Positions 1 through 14,051 of a stretch of 64,000 nucleotides of DNA are shown here, piece by piece. The DNA is taken from the NCBI RefSeq assembly GCF_964355755.1, contig NC_092673.1, positions 4,402,001-4,466,000 of the forward strand. The letters are read 5' to 3'. This DNA is from Antedon mediterranea (Eukaryota; Animalia; Echinodermata). The position numbers and the translations under genes are program-made. The first letter of the stretch is position 1. Each line of letters opens with the position of its first letter. The notes beneath the pieces were generated by a model. That model saw nothing but the letters and a program-made list of their open reading frames with translations. It made no database searches and was not told where the DNA came from.

Positions 1-16
1 TCACTTCACGATCTTA

Positions 17-175
17 AGCTTTGTCTACACTATCAAACTTTATGTGAAAAAAAAATGTGATGTGCCCATATATGAACATGATGATGTCATATCACTACTA
101 TATTTAAATATATCAACTATCATATTTGGGCACATCACACTTTTTTGTTACTAGTTTGATAGTGTAGACAAAGCT
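17..175. mobile_element. PIF/Harbinger-like MITE family A
   Basis: TIR agct(c/t)tgtctacactatcaaact ... agtttgatagtgtagaca(g/a)agct; TTA TSD. Confidence 0.85.
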
Positions 176-570
176 TTAGAGATGGGCTTGCTAGACCCTT
201 ACTTTGAGTGAACACATAATTGACATCTGTTTCAAAGAAATAGAATAATGTCAGAGCTTATGCAAATATCTAATTATGTCTGTAAAGTACAATATGTTTT
301 TGAAACAGATGTTTAGACAACAACAGCATCTAATATTTTGTTTGTACAAAAACACAGGCTGAATTATATTGAATTAAAACAAACATAACACGTTCTCAAA
401 CCATGGAAATATCAACTTCTTTCCAAAATTCTAAAACCTACTGTAGAGGGCAAACATTTTCCTACATTATAATTTTCATACATTCCCTCCCACACGTTTG
501 TCGAAATTCTAATAAAAAGTGTGTCCTGCAGGCAGTAAATAAAAAAATATGTTTTTTTGTGGGTTCTTAT

Positions 571-716
571 CAGTGGCGTAACGTAGAGACCTAAGGATCC
601 TGGTTTAGGAACCAAGGTTCCCTGAGACCTTGGGCGTTTGAAATATTTTAATGTCCGTTTTTTTCTTCTGGGCCCCTAGGTTTAGTCAGTGAGCGCTCAT
701 AGTCGTTACACCACTG
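571..716. mobile_element. Short hAT-like MITE (CAGTGG...CCACTG); related copy at 54442-54549
   Basis: TIR cagtggcgtaacg / cgttacaccactg. Shares ccttgggcgttt and tgagcgc(t/c)catag with the 54442 copy. Confidence 0.6.
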
Positions 717-1397
717 ACCTTGACTTTGACCGTTCCCCCATCGAAACGAAGCTCTGTCATATACAAACATACAGTGGTGAAAACATAAACTCCTGGTCAA
801 GGTAAACTAGATGTGGTAAAAAAATGATAAATATTTGGGCAACCTGATGTGAAATGAAATGTGGTATAGAAAAACATTGATTGTCTTTGATTGGACTACT
901 GTAATGAATTGTATTTTACGTCTATACCCTAAAACGTATTACCAATTGCTGCCTGTAGCAAACATTATGCACATTATTGCTATAAAGATAATAGCTTCTC
1001 ACTTCCCTATTTGGACAATATATTATAGAGATTTGCAGCATTAAATTCTCATTATAATCATAATATTCTTCTGCAAAATAGCACTCAATAGACTTTGTTT
1101 AGTTCTTATATATATATATATATATATTCCTATTTAGATATTCAGAGTAACTTTAATGTTTAGCATGGATTTATATTATAGTAGACTGGTAATCAAAGAA
1201 GCTATAAATAATAAAGAATATTAATATAGTATAATATTTTCATTTGTAAACCATTTATACTTTATATTATTTTTATTTACTATATAATATAAGAAAAATT
1301 TAATTCACATACTATAGTAATTATTAAAATTTATATTCTAGGTAATTAATTTAAAATATAATATTTAAAATCTATTTTACTTATTTATTTCAACTAT

Positions 1398-1958
1398 TTA
1401 TTACCTCCGCCAAGGAGGTTATATTTTCACCCCTGTATGTTTGTGTGTGACGTGTGTGTGTGTCTGTGAACAGCCTGGAGGCCACAGTTTTCATTCAAAT
1501 CTGGCCAAATTTGGCCACAATGATCTATGCCCCAAAAGCTCGGACGAGTTCGATTTTAAGAGGAAAAGGTCAAGGGCAAAAGGTCATAGGTCAAGGTCAC
1601 AATTAACAAAAACTATTTTACTGCCTACAGACCACAGTTTTTATCCGATTCTCAACAAACTTAGCCACAATGATCAATGACTCAACATATAAACTTTGAA
1701 GGGTCAGGGTCAAAGATCAAGGTCCACAAAAAAAAAAAAATAAAAAAATAATTTAAAAAAAAACCTCAGCAGGAATTGAACCAGCAATCTCAACTGTGAG
1801 AGGCTGGATACATAACCATTACACCAAACTCTCATCCACAACTTTGTAGTGTGCAGTTAGCCAAATTAAAAAAAATATATATATATTTTCCAGGGACATT
1901 TTATGTAAGGGAATTTTACAGTAGGCAGAGGTTTGTACTCTCGGAGTACCCTCTAGTT
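1398..1958 (+). mobile_element. Helentron-associated non-autonomous element (HINE/DINE-1-like)
   Basis: Start ttattacctccgccaaggaggtt, sub-terminal inverted repeat ACCTCCGCC/GGCAGAGGT, (TG)n microsatellite, AAGGTCA repeats, and a 3' hairpin GTACTC-tcg-GAGTAC followed by CTAGTT. Confidence 0.7.
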
Positions 1959-3340
1959 ATGTATGTTATTACAATAATCATAATTTAAAAAAATATCTCC
2001 CCTTCATTTGGAATGGAATAACCCAAATAGATAAGCTTGCTTGTAAATACGGTAGGCTTATAAAGAAACGGCGAAGGTAATTAAGTACAAACTCATTGTC
2101 ATCATCCATACCGTGGCCTACAAATAATCATTTGCTTTAAAACGCACTATTCTGATTGGACGGTAGCACTGATACAATCGATTGCATATTCTGTTTTTTA
2201 TTTAGCAAATAAAATTGATTGAAATGACTAGACGTGGCTACGATAAGCTTGGATTCGTTTAAATCTCTGACAAAATGACTTGACAGTAATTTATCTTGAG
2301 CTTCCTCTTCATCTTTTATTCCAGATTCGTGTTTCAAATTGTACAATCTTACAATTACGAGGCAAACATTTTTGAATAAATTTACTTGATACAGATCTGT
2401 CAACATCATTTCCTAGAATCCTACAGCTCTCACTGTCTTACTTACTATACCACCAAATATTCTGAATGTGCATTCAAATTTATGAATTTTGATTTTATTT
2501 CATTAATGTGATCATATCATAATAGTATTTACCAAACCAGAGATAAGATATTTTTTCTTTAGATCAATCAATCAATATTCCACTAAATATTAATCATACC
2601 AGTGTTTTCAACATGTATTTATTTATACTGGTTTAACGTAAAGAAGTTATTATAAAACTAGATGAAATCACATTTTGAAAATTTGGACAAATAAGAAGTG
2701 GAGTACAATATCTGATAATGCTAGAAATTATTATTATGTAGCATAATTGTATGTTTGTTTGAATAAATGTGTGATTGTCATTAAATGCAGAAATTAAAAT
2801 AAATATTTAAAACATTTAAAATGTGTACATTTAGAAAAAAGTCTTCTGTGGTCAAAATGTTGCCAAATCAAATCGTGATGTCATCTATTAATTGCAATAG
2901 TTGACCTTTATAACTAATTTGCAATTACTTCTGAATTCTCATGTGTATGAAAATGAGAAGTAACCAGATGCTATAAAATGATAACATTTTTTATGTGATC
3001 TTACATGATGAATGCAACGTCCGATTTTTTAAAAAACGTTTTTGAATAAACAATGTTTTTATTCATTTATTCGCCCTATTCAATTCGACCAATTCCTGTT
3101 TGCAATCAGTTCTATTTGCAGTTAATTTAAAATTAAAATTAAATATTTCTTGCATTTGAGTTTTTACATCAATGTCGTTAGGTGGTTTCCCAAATGATCA
3201 AATCAAACGGTACTGGATATGATCAACTAGCATTCTTGTCACCAACTAGGCATCCATTCATAGAAGTACTGATATTGCAGCCTATCTGTATGTGGACTAT
3301 ACAATGGATATATCAACAATAACCGCTCTCTCTGAAGAAA

Positions 3341-3660
3341 GAGAGTGAGTGGCGAAGTGGTTAAGACAGTGGAACTGCAATACCTTGCCGTATTAACATC
3401 GGCAAGGGTTCAAGCTTCACTCGCTCTATGGTTCTGGTGGTAGAACGAGTTTTCTGGGATAAGAACTATAAACCGTAGGTCCAGTGTACACATCTGGCTC
3501 ATGTGCACTTTAAAGAACCTAGTACATTTTTCAAGACGAGTAGGGGGTTACCCCGATGTACTAGTATACACACAGCCACTGTCACTCATCAAGAGGGCCC
3601 CTTGATTGTCAGCATATGCTGTTTAGGGTCACCCTATATAAATGAGGTGTTAAAAAAAAA
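3341..3660 (+). mobile_element. tRNA-derived SINE with Deu/Nin-type core
   Basis: A-box TGGCGAAGTGG and B-box GGTTCAAGC; core ggataag..ctataaaccgtaggtcc...gtgcactttaaagaacc...gagtagggggttaccccg; A-rich end. Confidence 0.75.
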
Positions 3661-5100
3661 GAAAAAGAATGCATAATATAGTTTCTCAACCAGCCCTCTA
3701 ATTGGACAATCCCACCTACCATCATCATCATCATCATCATTTGGAGGCTATTGTTTTTTCCAGTTAATAGCTACTCAGAGACTACCAACACCACTGTTAG
3801 TCTGTGTAATTTATTTGTTAAATTAGAAGTAGACATTTTTCATATTCAAAATTGGTGTTTTCTTGTTAATACCTTTTCAATTAAATATCCTTTTGGGAAA
3901 ACATGCTTTGTAGTTGGAGACCTATATTTCATATTCTCATTTATTTGCAGAAATGGACAGATACGTGTATTGTAGTTGAATGCATTATCTTAGTTGTCAT
4001 CATAGACACTGTTGTTTATGTTTTAGTAGTATTAAACCCCTGAGGTTTACATATAATGAGAAATTTAAAGGTTGTAATTCATGCTTGAATCTGCCGAACG
4101 TTTTTATACAATGTGAAAATATCAAACAATGTGAGACTTTGCGTGGGTTTATTAACCAAGCGGAAAATTAGCAGGTAATCTATTAATTAGTATAACTGTG
4201 TCGTTAGGTGAAAAAGACTCTATTGACTAATATGAAATGGGATTTTTTCTCCAATGGATTTTTAAATACCAGGGTGTTGTAATTTAAAAGTAAACAAAAA
4301 TATGTTTATAACCAGTCTACTGCCCTCTACATTTGATTAAATATTGCAGGATAATATGCATCTTGATATTAAATATTTACTAAAATAATTATTAATCATA
4401 ATCATATCACAATATTGTCAATATACATTATCTCTATCATTACTGTTAATTATCGTCAACAACATTGTTTTTCAGATTAATTATACAATAAAAAGAATTC
4501 TGTATTTATACAGTTTTCGATTAAGATGTAATTTAGAATTTATCTATAACAAAACCATGTGGATTGTAATCTAATAATTGGCGTTTAATTATGTAGTTAT
4601 TGCAAATTTGGTCAGTTCTATTTATGGAAATAATATTCTGGGAAATGTGTATTACTACAGTCTTAACCTTTGAATGTTTATATCAAATGCTAAACATTGA
4701 TTTACAGCTCAGAGATTATTAATAATGTAACATTGAGTTTATATGAAAATTATAACTACTACAGTATTCAGTGTTATTGCAGTGGGCATAACGGATGGAT
4801 AGCTCACAATTTCACTGTCCAGTATAATCAATACTAGTCTGGGCTCCAGACAGAGTTTTGTCTTAATATTAGTAAAAATATAAATATTTTTGCACATATG
4901 GCGTTTCATACGTGTATTACTTGAGTTTGGATATCGCGGTCGAAATAAAAACAAATAAATATAAAAAAAAAGACAATAAATACAGACTTGGGGCAAGTCT
5001 AAATCAATACAAGCAGTTGCATGTAATTATACTACCATATTAGAACCTGTTATAGAAGAAAAGAAGTAGGGCTATTTAAAAATGTTATATTGAACACTAA

Positions 5101-5366
5101 AGCCTGGTTTTCATTAAAATCGCTATAGCGTTTCCATTAATCACTACACGCGCAGATGTCGCCGACGTAATCGGGAACGCTCCCCGATTCATCGCAGTCA
5201 AATCGGCAAAGTTCAACCATGTTCAACTTTGCCGATTTTGTCGGCGATGAATCGTATACGCGTACCAAAGAATATTTAGCACTCGCGTACTAGATACCCG
5301 ATAAATTCTAGCGTTTACATAGAATCGCTACGCTCTGTCGTGTAGCGATTTTATGGAAACCAGGCT
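5101..5366. mobile_element. Harbinger-like MITE
   Basis: TIR agcctggttttcattaaaatcgcta / tagcgattttatggaaaccaggct with TWA flanks. Confidence 0.8.
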
Positions 5367-8300
5367 TTACAGAATACCATATTCTAATGCAATATTATAA
5401 TTATGTGTCATCAATTAAAAATTGTGTGAAACAAGGATTTATTGGTATTTATTTTGTCTATAACTAATTAAACATTATAATTACTTTCATTAAAAGACCT
5501 CATTAGAATCAGTTAAAGGTGTTCTAGCAAGATAAATTATGTTTCCATTAATGTAATTAACTAGCTATTATTTCTTATACTTGCTCAAATGAATATAATT
5601 TAGTAAAACAGATAGTTTTACAGTTTAAAATTAATTATACACTGTTGTATATTTCCAAGCGTGGCATAATATCATTAGTAGAAATGAGTGTAGTATAAAT
5701 ATTTTGATAGATATGCAGTCCACTAATCAGGTAAATGCGCTTTATGAAGCAAGCACCGTGCGTTAATACCGGTAATCTTGAAGTAAACGACGCAAGTAAT
5801 AATAATGCCAGGCACCTGCATCAAATATTGATAGACGTGTCATTGCTAGTTCACCACACGTCTTTAACACCAAAACGTGTTACTGTAAATGCATTGGTTC
5901 GAACCTTAATAACAGTCATTTTAAGCTTACTAAATTATAATGCAATCGTAATAATAATTGGTACATTAAGTGACTTCATATTTTTAATTATTGTATTACA
6001 CCAGGGAAAAGTGAAATTACTTGGTGTACTTAAAAGTGTAATTTCACTCTTCCTTGGTAACACTGACCGATGATCAGTGCATTCCTAGACTTATATAAGT
6101 CAAAGATGCTCTCCATGTGGAATGCCATCCTGAAATGAAGAGTAGTACAGTTTTCTTTAAAAAAAAATTAATTTATACGTAATTTTACTTTTTATGGACC
6201 AGAGATTCAGAAATAAAAGATTGAATGATTGGAATGAATTATTGTAACACTGAATGATGATAATTGTCAATAAATTATATTTTCAGTCATAATAATATTC
6301 AATGTATAATGCTAATTTAATTCCTTAATAAACAGATCTACTATTTCATGAATTTAAATTTTAATTGTATTATTCATCCAAGCAAAGTTAATCTGAGAAG
6401 GCTTTATGAATTGTTGTTAATTATTAATTTAATAAAACGTCTTTGTTGCTTAAAAATTAACCAAATGTCATTGAGCGATATCTCAAATTCCTCAGGGATC
6501 CTAATGAATTCAATTCAGAACATTTTGCTTGTTGTCATTACTTAATATTCTGAACTATTAAAATATTTCTACTGTTTTCATATTATGACCGGTTATTGAT
6601 TTTTCACTCACAATGTCACACAAATTACTCCTTCTCCCTAAAGTAGAAAAGGACTCTAAAAATGCTTGCATCTGATTGGCTGTAAGGTATTAGATATGCA
6701 TGACTCCATATGTAAATGCTGTCAATCGATTTCATAGCAAGCTCATTAAGTTGTTCTTTGAGAACGAGTGCAGCTTACAGACACTCAATTTACTAGCCAA
6801 GTCTTTATAGTAAGTTGCAAAGCTTTTATATTATTTATCTTCAAATCTTTCCATCTCTGCTGTTATTTTTCTTTTTCCTCTTTATCATTTTTTTGTTTAC
6901 ATTCATTTCATTTCTGTTATTAAATTTCTATCACCCCCCTCAAATTGGCATACTTATGGTAGGATCTCAGATAAATTATAAATTGTTCTAGCATTTACAT
7001 GGGTTATTAGTTTTTTATTTCTTGTGTTAATCTGTGTGGTAAAAACGTGTCTACTTTTCCACCATCTACTTGATCAGGCTCATAAAATCATTAGTTGTTA
7101 AAATCTTTTCCGAAGGCATTGCGCAGGCTCATATTGATAGTTCTAAAATACTGACTAATACCATAAAAGATGTAGCGTAGCTTCAATATTCTTTGAAGGT
7201 TTGCATGTTGAAAAATAAGAACATTAAAAAACATATGCCTGCGGTACCACCTGATATATTAGTTCTAATAGAGCCACAATGTTTACATTAGAATATGATA
7301 AACTAGAAAATGTTTGATATAGGTATAGTTCAGCCATCTACTACAGTATTATATTTACTGTTTTATTCAGTTCATGATATTTATATATTATGTCTTTATT
7401 GCTGCATATCTGCTTTAATTTTCTGTTCAAGCCATTTGACCTCCTGGGTCATTGTCAGATCTCATCGCAAAAGATCATTGTATAAAAAAACACGGACCTA
7501 GCCGAAGTCTTTCACACTCTTCGGATGAAATAAACTATTATGGGCAATGCCAAATACAGCTCATCTTTCAGACCATTGAGGTCTTTGATGTTGACCAAGT
7601 ATGTACTGAACATATAGATTATGAATTTAGACAATGTCCATAAATATAAATAAGAAATTGTTTAAGAATGAAACCACAATCAAAGCATTGGCAATGTTGT
7701 TATTTGCTGATGAATAGCTAGCTTGTTTTCTAAAATATGTATTCAATAAATTATACATTAAAATATCAATTAAGGAAGTTTGATGAACAAAGGAGGCTTG
7801 CCGACAATATTGCAGACAGGATATCATTATTTTCCTATATATAGAACACAAATTAATGCAATATCTATGTACATAGCTCTATCTATATATTAATTTAATT
7901 TACATTATAACCTCTTGTCTTCATGATTAGTATACGTATGAAAAATAAACCGAACCCTGTACTCTGTATAATTTTTAAATAATGTGTTTTATTTTTTTTT
8001 TAAAGTAATCTTACTTAATATATCTACTTTTTATAAAATAATAAACAAGTATTAAAATACAAAAACAAAGAGAAATGCCCTTTAAACTAGTAATGTAATT
8101 TTTAACAAGCACAGTTGTATTTATAATTTGCTACGGTAAACGGAATTGAAAACTTAGTTACAGAAAAATCTAAATCGGTTTTTAACCCCTATGGACAAAC
8201 TAAATAGAGTTTCAGATACGCAGTCAGCTAATGACAACCATATAATGACATCTACATTCATTATTATATGACATATGACCCCAACAGATCCAAAAGTCAC

Positions 8301-9292
8301 ACACATTATGGAGTTATAAAACTCCATGCACACATCCAGATAATTATATATCCCTTTCATTGTTATATTTTTTGTAGTATTTTAACACTTTGTGCAATAT
8401 TTCATACTTAACCTTAAAATCCTTCTAAAAAAATGATTTTTAATTACTGTCAATTGTAAAATATATGGTAACATATGTTATTGATATTGTATTATGTGTC
8501 AGTGCAAATATATACTTAAACAGCCACTCTCCCCTCAAGTGGACCGACGGTGTAATTAGTATTAATTAAAAGATATCTACAGACAAACGGAGACTCCTAT
8601 AATCATGAATTTTCTAGCAGAATTTTGAGAATGTACTAATAGGATGGACTCGATAGCAGGATAAGCATTTTAGCAGCGTAATAGTCCGTAGGGATGTATT
8701 TACGCTGAAAGCTAGAATTATTCAGATAACGTGCATACTGTAGAAAAAGTGTAAATGCTTCATAGTTAAAATTTTGAATCAGTATTTTTGCTAGTATATC
8801 ATTATGCAAATTTTAAATTCATGAATATTTATGAGTTATTCAATTTCTTGTAGTCTAGAACAATTTACATAAATATTTATCAACATTTTTTGTTCGTTTT
8901 TCATTATGATATTACTGCTATTTCAATAATGCAATTTGCCTTCGCCATCTTTTAAAAAGGAAATCAATAAATATTCATAATCAAGAATTTAGAAATAAAA
9001 ATCAATCAAAATGGATATGAAAAGATAACATGTTTTGTATATTGCTAAAATATAATAGTTTTATGTTTTTTACTGTACTGAGAATCAATAGTAATGTAAA
9101 ACATAATTTCAACAGAAAGAGAAATTGTAATCAGTACAGTTGAAAAAAAATGTAATATTGTATATTATAATACCTATGGTATCTTTTCTATTTGAATGGT
9201 TGATTTTGTCATACTTTATTTTGTCCGATTTGAAAGATTTTAAGGATAATGTTAAAGCCAACGACTCCGGTCTTTGAATTAATAGTCTGTTA

Positions 9293-9456
9293 ACCCTGTC
9301 TACACTATCAAACTTTATGTGACAAAAAAAAATGTGATGTGCCCATATATGGACATGATGATGTCATATCACTACCATATTTGGGCATATCACTATCATA
9401 TCTGGACACATCACACTTTTTTTTTGTCAAACTAGTTTGATAGTGTAGATAGAGCT
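9293..9456. mobile_element. MITE family A
   Basis: Same TIRs and internal 21-bp atatcactaccatatttgggc units. Confidence 0.85.
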
Positions 9457-11969
9457 TAATGAAAGTTTGCTTCTGTTAACTCTCTATTCTATTTGTTAGT
9501 ATATCATTCTATTGTCTGCCACAATACTTCTAATTGATTCTGGTCGTCATGTCGACAGATGGCTTTTAATGAAAATTAAAGTAAGCATTGTAATTTAAAT
9601 GATACGTGTTCTTCATCTAATAATACTGTAACAGTACTGTTTACATTATTCACAAAATAGATTATCATTTTATATACATTCAGCACCATACATAGAGGTA
9701 TAAAATTAATGTTATACCTCCATGTTCGGCACTGTATTGTAATTTATATTTGCGATATTCTGTAGGGTTTTATATCAGTAAAAATATCTTATGTTTTTTA
9801 AAATTTATTTTTTAAATAATAAAATAATGAAAAATTGTTTTCTGAGATCTCTTCATTGGTATAATACATAGACGCTGTTTCTTTTTTTTGGTGAATAATC
9901 TGATGGTATGTAAAATTGAGCATACATTAGGAGATATGATATAAAAATGACTGTACTCCAAATCTTTTAACAACTAATTATTGATGAAAAAGATGGAAAT
10001 TATAAATAGAATTAAAAGCTTTGTGTTTATTCAAATTTATTCCACTCATTTTAAAATGAGCTATTTCAGTCTTTTGTGAAATTGTAAATACTAAATTGTC
10101 TATGGAGGCATTTCCGACATTTGGTAGATTATATTAGTAGTCCCTTTGGCACAAAAACAAGATCTGTCTTAGTCTGGTGCTTTCATGCCCTTTTAGGACT
10201 TTTAGTTCATTAGCATACTTTACTAATCTATAAGTAAACTATTATAAACAGAAATATTTTGTTGTGAAAAGTTATCACTGTAAAAAAAATTTTTTTCATC
10301 TGCTCTACTACTCTATTAAAATATTTAGTTTTTTTATTTTTATTTAATTTTCCCCTTCTTGGTGATTATTTTATATATTGTTTTTAGCATTTTATTGGAA
10401 ATATTTTATTCTTTTCAGGATATCTTATGTAATTAAAAATGAAGTTTAAAATGATGGGGTCCCAATCAAAGATTAAAGTATTAAACAAAACATGGCAGTT
10501 TAGTCAACCCAATACCCATGGTACTATTTGTCATCTTAGTATTATTACCGATAGTCTAAGTTGATTATGCATTTTGAGACAAGAATCCGCAAGATCAGAA
10601 CATTCCAATGCTATAGGCAGATTAAGTGTGAAAAATGTTGATGTTTCAGCTATTTATCTTTGCTGAGCTTTACATTCAGATATTTGTCAGCAAAGTTGGC
10701 TGGTAATTACACAAGTCATTCACAGTAATTGCGTATTCAGAGAGATTAGGTTAACATTGTAGCATTTCAAATGATGGGTGATTACGGAGGTATTGAAAAG
10801 AGGCTCAGAAAGGGGTCTATCCAGTGGTAGTACTGAAGAGTATGAAAACATACATTAAGTTTATGGTATGCATAAATTATTTAAATAAATAATAATAATT
10901 ATTTGAAAATATAAAACCTCGTAAAAAATGAGGCAACACTTTATAATACGAAAAAGTTAGAAATTTACAGTAGAATCATAATGGCTTGGCTCACTTTTTT
11001 CAGTGTATTAGTGAGCCCTCTGATTAATTATGTATGCAGTTTCTGAGAAACAAGTTAACAATGTTTTTGACATGCTTATTAAAAATGTCTATAGATTTAG
11101 ACAAAAGCTAAATAACCTTTTGAGTATGAGAACCTAAAGATATAACATCTGCTATTTACAATATGAAATCCTAAAAAATTGTTTAAATTATAAATATATA
11201 AAATCTAAATATTCATTAGTCTACAAAAGAACAAAACATTTAAATATTAATTTTCGCAAATCTCTAAATATAATATATTTACATATAAATTGTTATATTA
11301 TGTACATTCCCATTTAATTTTTTAGTATGATTTATATAACTGTAATTATATATTGTAAACAAATCAGGCATAGAACAGTAATTCTAAACCGCCCGGTGAT
11401 ATACTGAAATTTAATTAATTAATTTGAAACGATAAAGATGAGGAAATCTGTGAGAATGAGAAAAAGTCGCCCCAACCTTTGTATTTATCTTGAAGCTACT
11501 GTACTTGAAAACAAAATTTAAAATACAATATTATTGTAAAAAAACAAATTAGCATATAAATAGCATATTATGAAAGAACCATATATTGCAATTTCAGTCA
11601 GAACTTTCTTTTTTAATTATTAGCGAGCAAAACATTTTTTTCACTAGTCTAATGAGGGATATAAAGCAAAGGGAGCTTTATATTAAAGTGCAAAGAGTCT
11701 AGAATGATAAAACTGACGTTTAATAGGTTTCTCTTTATTATAGCATACACTTAAACTATTAAAAGGTGCCTGGAATTTTATATAATAGTCTACATGCAGA
11801 ATGAGACTGTATTAACGAGGATATATATTAAAAAGAAAGCATTATGACTTACCATTATATACTCTAGTCCAAACTTGAAGCAATGTAAACGATTTTTATA
11901 CATTTTACAGTACTGTAAGAAAAAAATAAAATTAACCCAAAATTGAGTATCACCATCTGATTATTGTAT

Positions 11970-12169
11970 ATTCTGTCTACACTATCAAACTTTATGTGAC
12001 AAAAAATTGTGATGTGCCCATATATGCACATAATGATACATATATGGACATATCACTACCATATTTGGGTATATCAATACCATATTTGGGTATATCACTA
12101 CCATATTTGGGCACATCACTCTTTTTTTGTCAAACTATAGTACAGTAGTTTGACAGAGTAGACAGGGCT
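11970..12169. mobile_element. MITE family A
   Basis: Same TIRs with three internal 21-bp units. Confidence 0.8.
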
Positions 12170-13379
12170 TTACACATAACTTAAGCATAATTTGCATAAT
12201 ATTGTGTCAATTCATGCACACATTATAAAACATAATTTAACATCTTTGCCAACAATTCTTATGTTGTGAGCATGTTTGTATTATTAAATGTACCGTATAT
12301 ATTATGCATTTGGTTGCCAACAAATTACTATAGTATGTTGTGAAATCAGATCTACAGTGTGTAAAATATCGAAAACAAGTCCATAAGCTCATTAGGAGAA
12401 ACTAGATTAATTCTAGCTACCTTCATTAGAAAGTTAATTAACTATTAATAGATGGAAAGATTTGGTTGAAATACTTCTTTGTTCTCTTATCAGTTTTTGC
12501 AACTTTGTACATAATTATCTTGATGCTTTATGGTGCGTAGCAATTTGGTCTTTTTTATAAATATCACATGGTTCCAACGTGATGAAGCAACATAGTACAA
12601 TCATCAACGCATGCTTATATTATCAGCAAAAAAATATACAATGCGATTGCTTCATTTCTTGTGATTATTTTTCCTTTATGATCATGTGGAAGTATTATAT
12701 TTATACTGTGTTGTGTTACTCTGCCTCAAAAGAAAAAACATATTAAGCTTATATAACCTAATACCTAATACAATAAGAAAACCCCTATCCACAGGACGCC
12801 CCTATTGAAGGGACACCTTGGAGGGTCCCGAAGATATCTCCTTAATAAGTTCTATATTTCATTCTTTATCTTTATATTAGGGAGATATTTCCCAGTGAAA
12901 TGAATATAAGAGTAATTTATGTATCCCTTCCCCCAACCCTATTTACATGACACCCCTATTAAGGGGAAACTTTGGAAGTCTAATATGTTTTCCTGTATTT
13001 CATTCTTCATCATATGTTTTGTAAGCCAATCAATATCCTATTTGAAGCATGTAATTATTATGGACCTTGCAACCTCTTCTCTTTGGTCTGTTTGTGCAAA
13101 TGAGTAGGTAAATTATTAATTAGTGTAAGGATATTTATAGATAGCTTTGTGTAGGTGTGAAAATTACTCAATTATCAGGAGCAAGAAATTCACCGGCTAT
13201 TGTCTCATTGAGGATAATTCGTGGAAGATGCTGATTACGTCGTACTAAATCTACATTAAAATCAATGCTTATTTTCTATTATTTACTTTTACTGTATTTG
13301 TAGAGATGTTTTATAATAAAAAAAGAAACTAATAATTTTATTGAAAAAATATTTCTCTATGGATATAGTAAATTTCAGA

Positions 13380-13502
13380 AAATCTATCTACACTATCAAA
13401 CTTTACGTGATGATGTCATATCACTACCATATTTGGGCATATCCCTACCATATTTGTGCACATCACACTTTTAAAAACTAGTTTGATAGTGTAGACAGAG
13501 AT
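13380..13502. mobile_element. MITE family A (internally deleted)
   Basis: Both TIRs present with a shortened core. Confidence 0.75.
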
Positions 13503-14051
13503 TTATACATATTTTGCACCATATACATCGTTATATTAGCTATATTTATTTAGTTTTTATGACAGTTGGAAAAATGAGAAATAATTAATGAAACGCTTCA
13601 TGTTAGGTTACCATAGCCGATCATATTAAAAAAACAGTACAGAGTTTCATTAAGGAATTAATTAAAATGACACTGATTAAAAGTACTCATTTGGGCGTAT
13701 ACGGTGTCAATTTGATATTGTCCTCATTTGGATAAGCACTACAAATGGTTACCTAGACTTTGGAATCTTCGAAGGATCTATTTTATAAATACATCTCCAA
13801 AAAAAACATTTCTAAAAAAAGATCATTGAACTCCACCCTTTTACAGTTTAAATCATACAAAAAAGCTAGGTGTTAATATACCTATAATAGTTTTACTTTC
13901 ATTTGATTAGTGATGATTTAGCTAAACATTGGCAAAGCTTTATCAACAAGTCCTATCCTCTCTTCTCTTTTGTTCCTGATCTAGGTCCTTGGAGATTCCT
14001 TAGCGGGCAATTCATTTCTGTGTTTGCTGTTTGTTAAACAAATCGTTCAAC

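Noticed and set aside
3341-3425. tRNA gene
   Set aside because: It is a SINE head with no proper acceptor stem and runs directly into the SINE core.
5735-6073. 112-aa ORF
   Set aside because: There is no recognisable motif or splice support; more likely non-coding regulatory DNA upstream of complexin.
9679-9699. REST/RE1 site upstream of complexin (TTCAGCACCA)
   Set aside because: Only the left half matches; the GGACAG half is absent.
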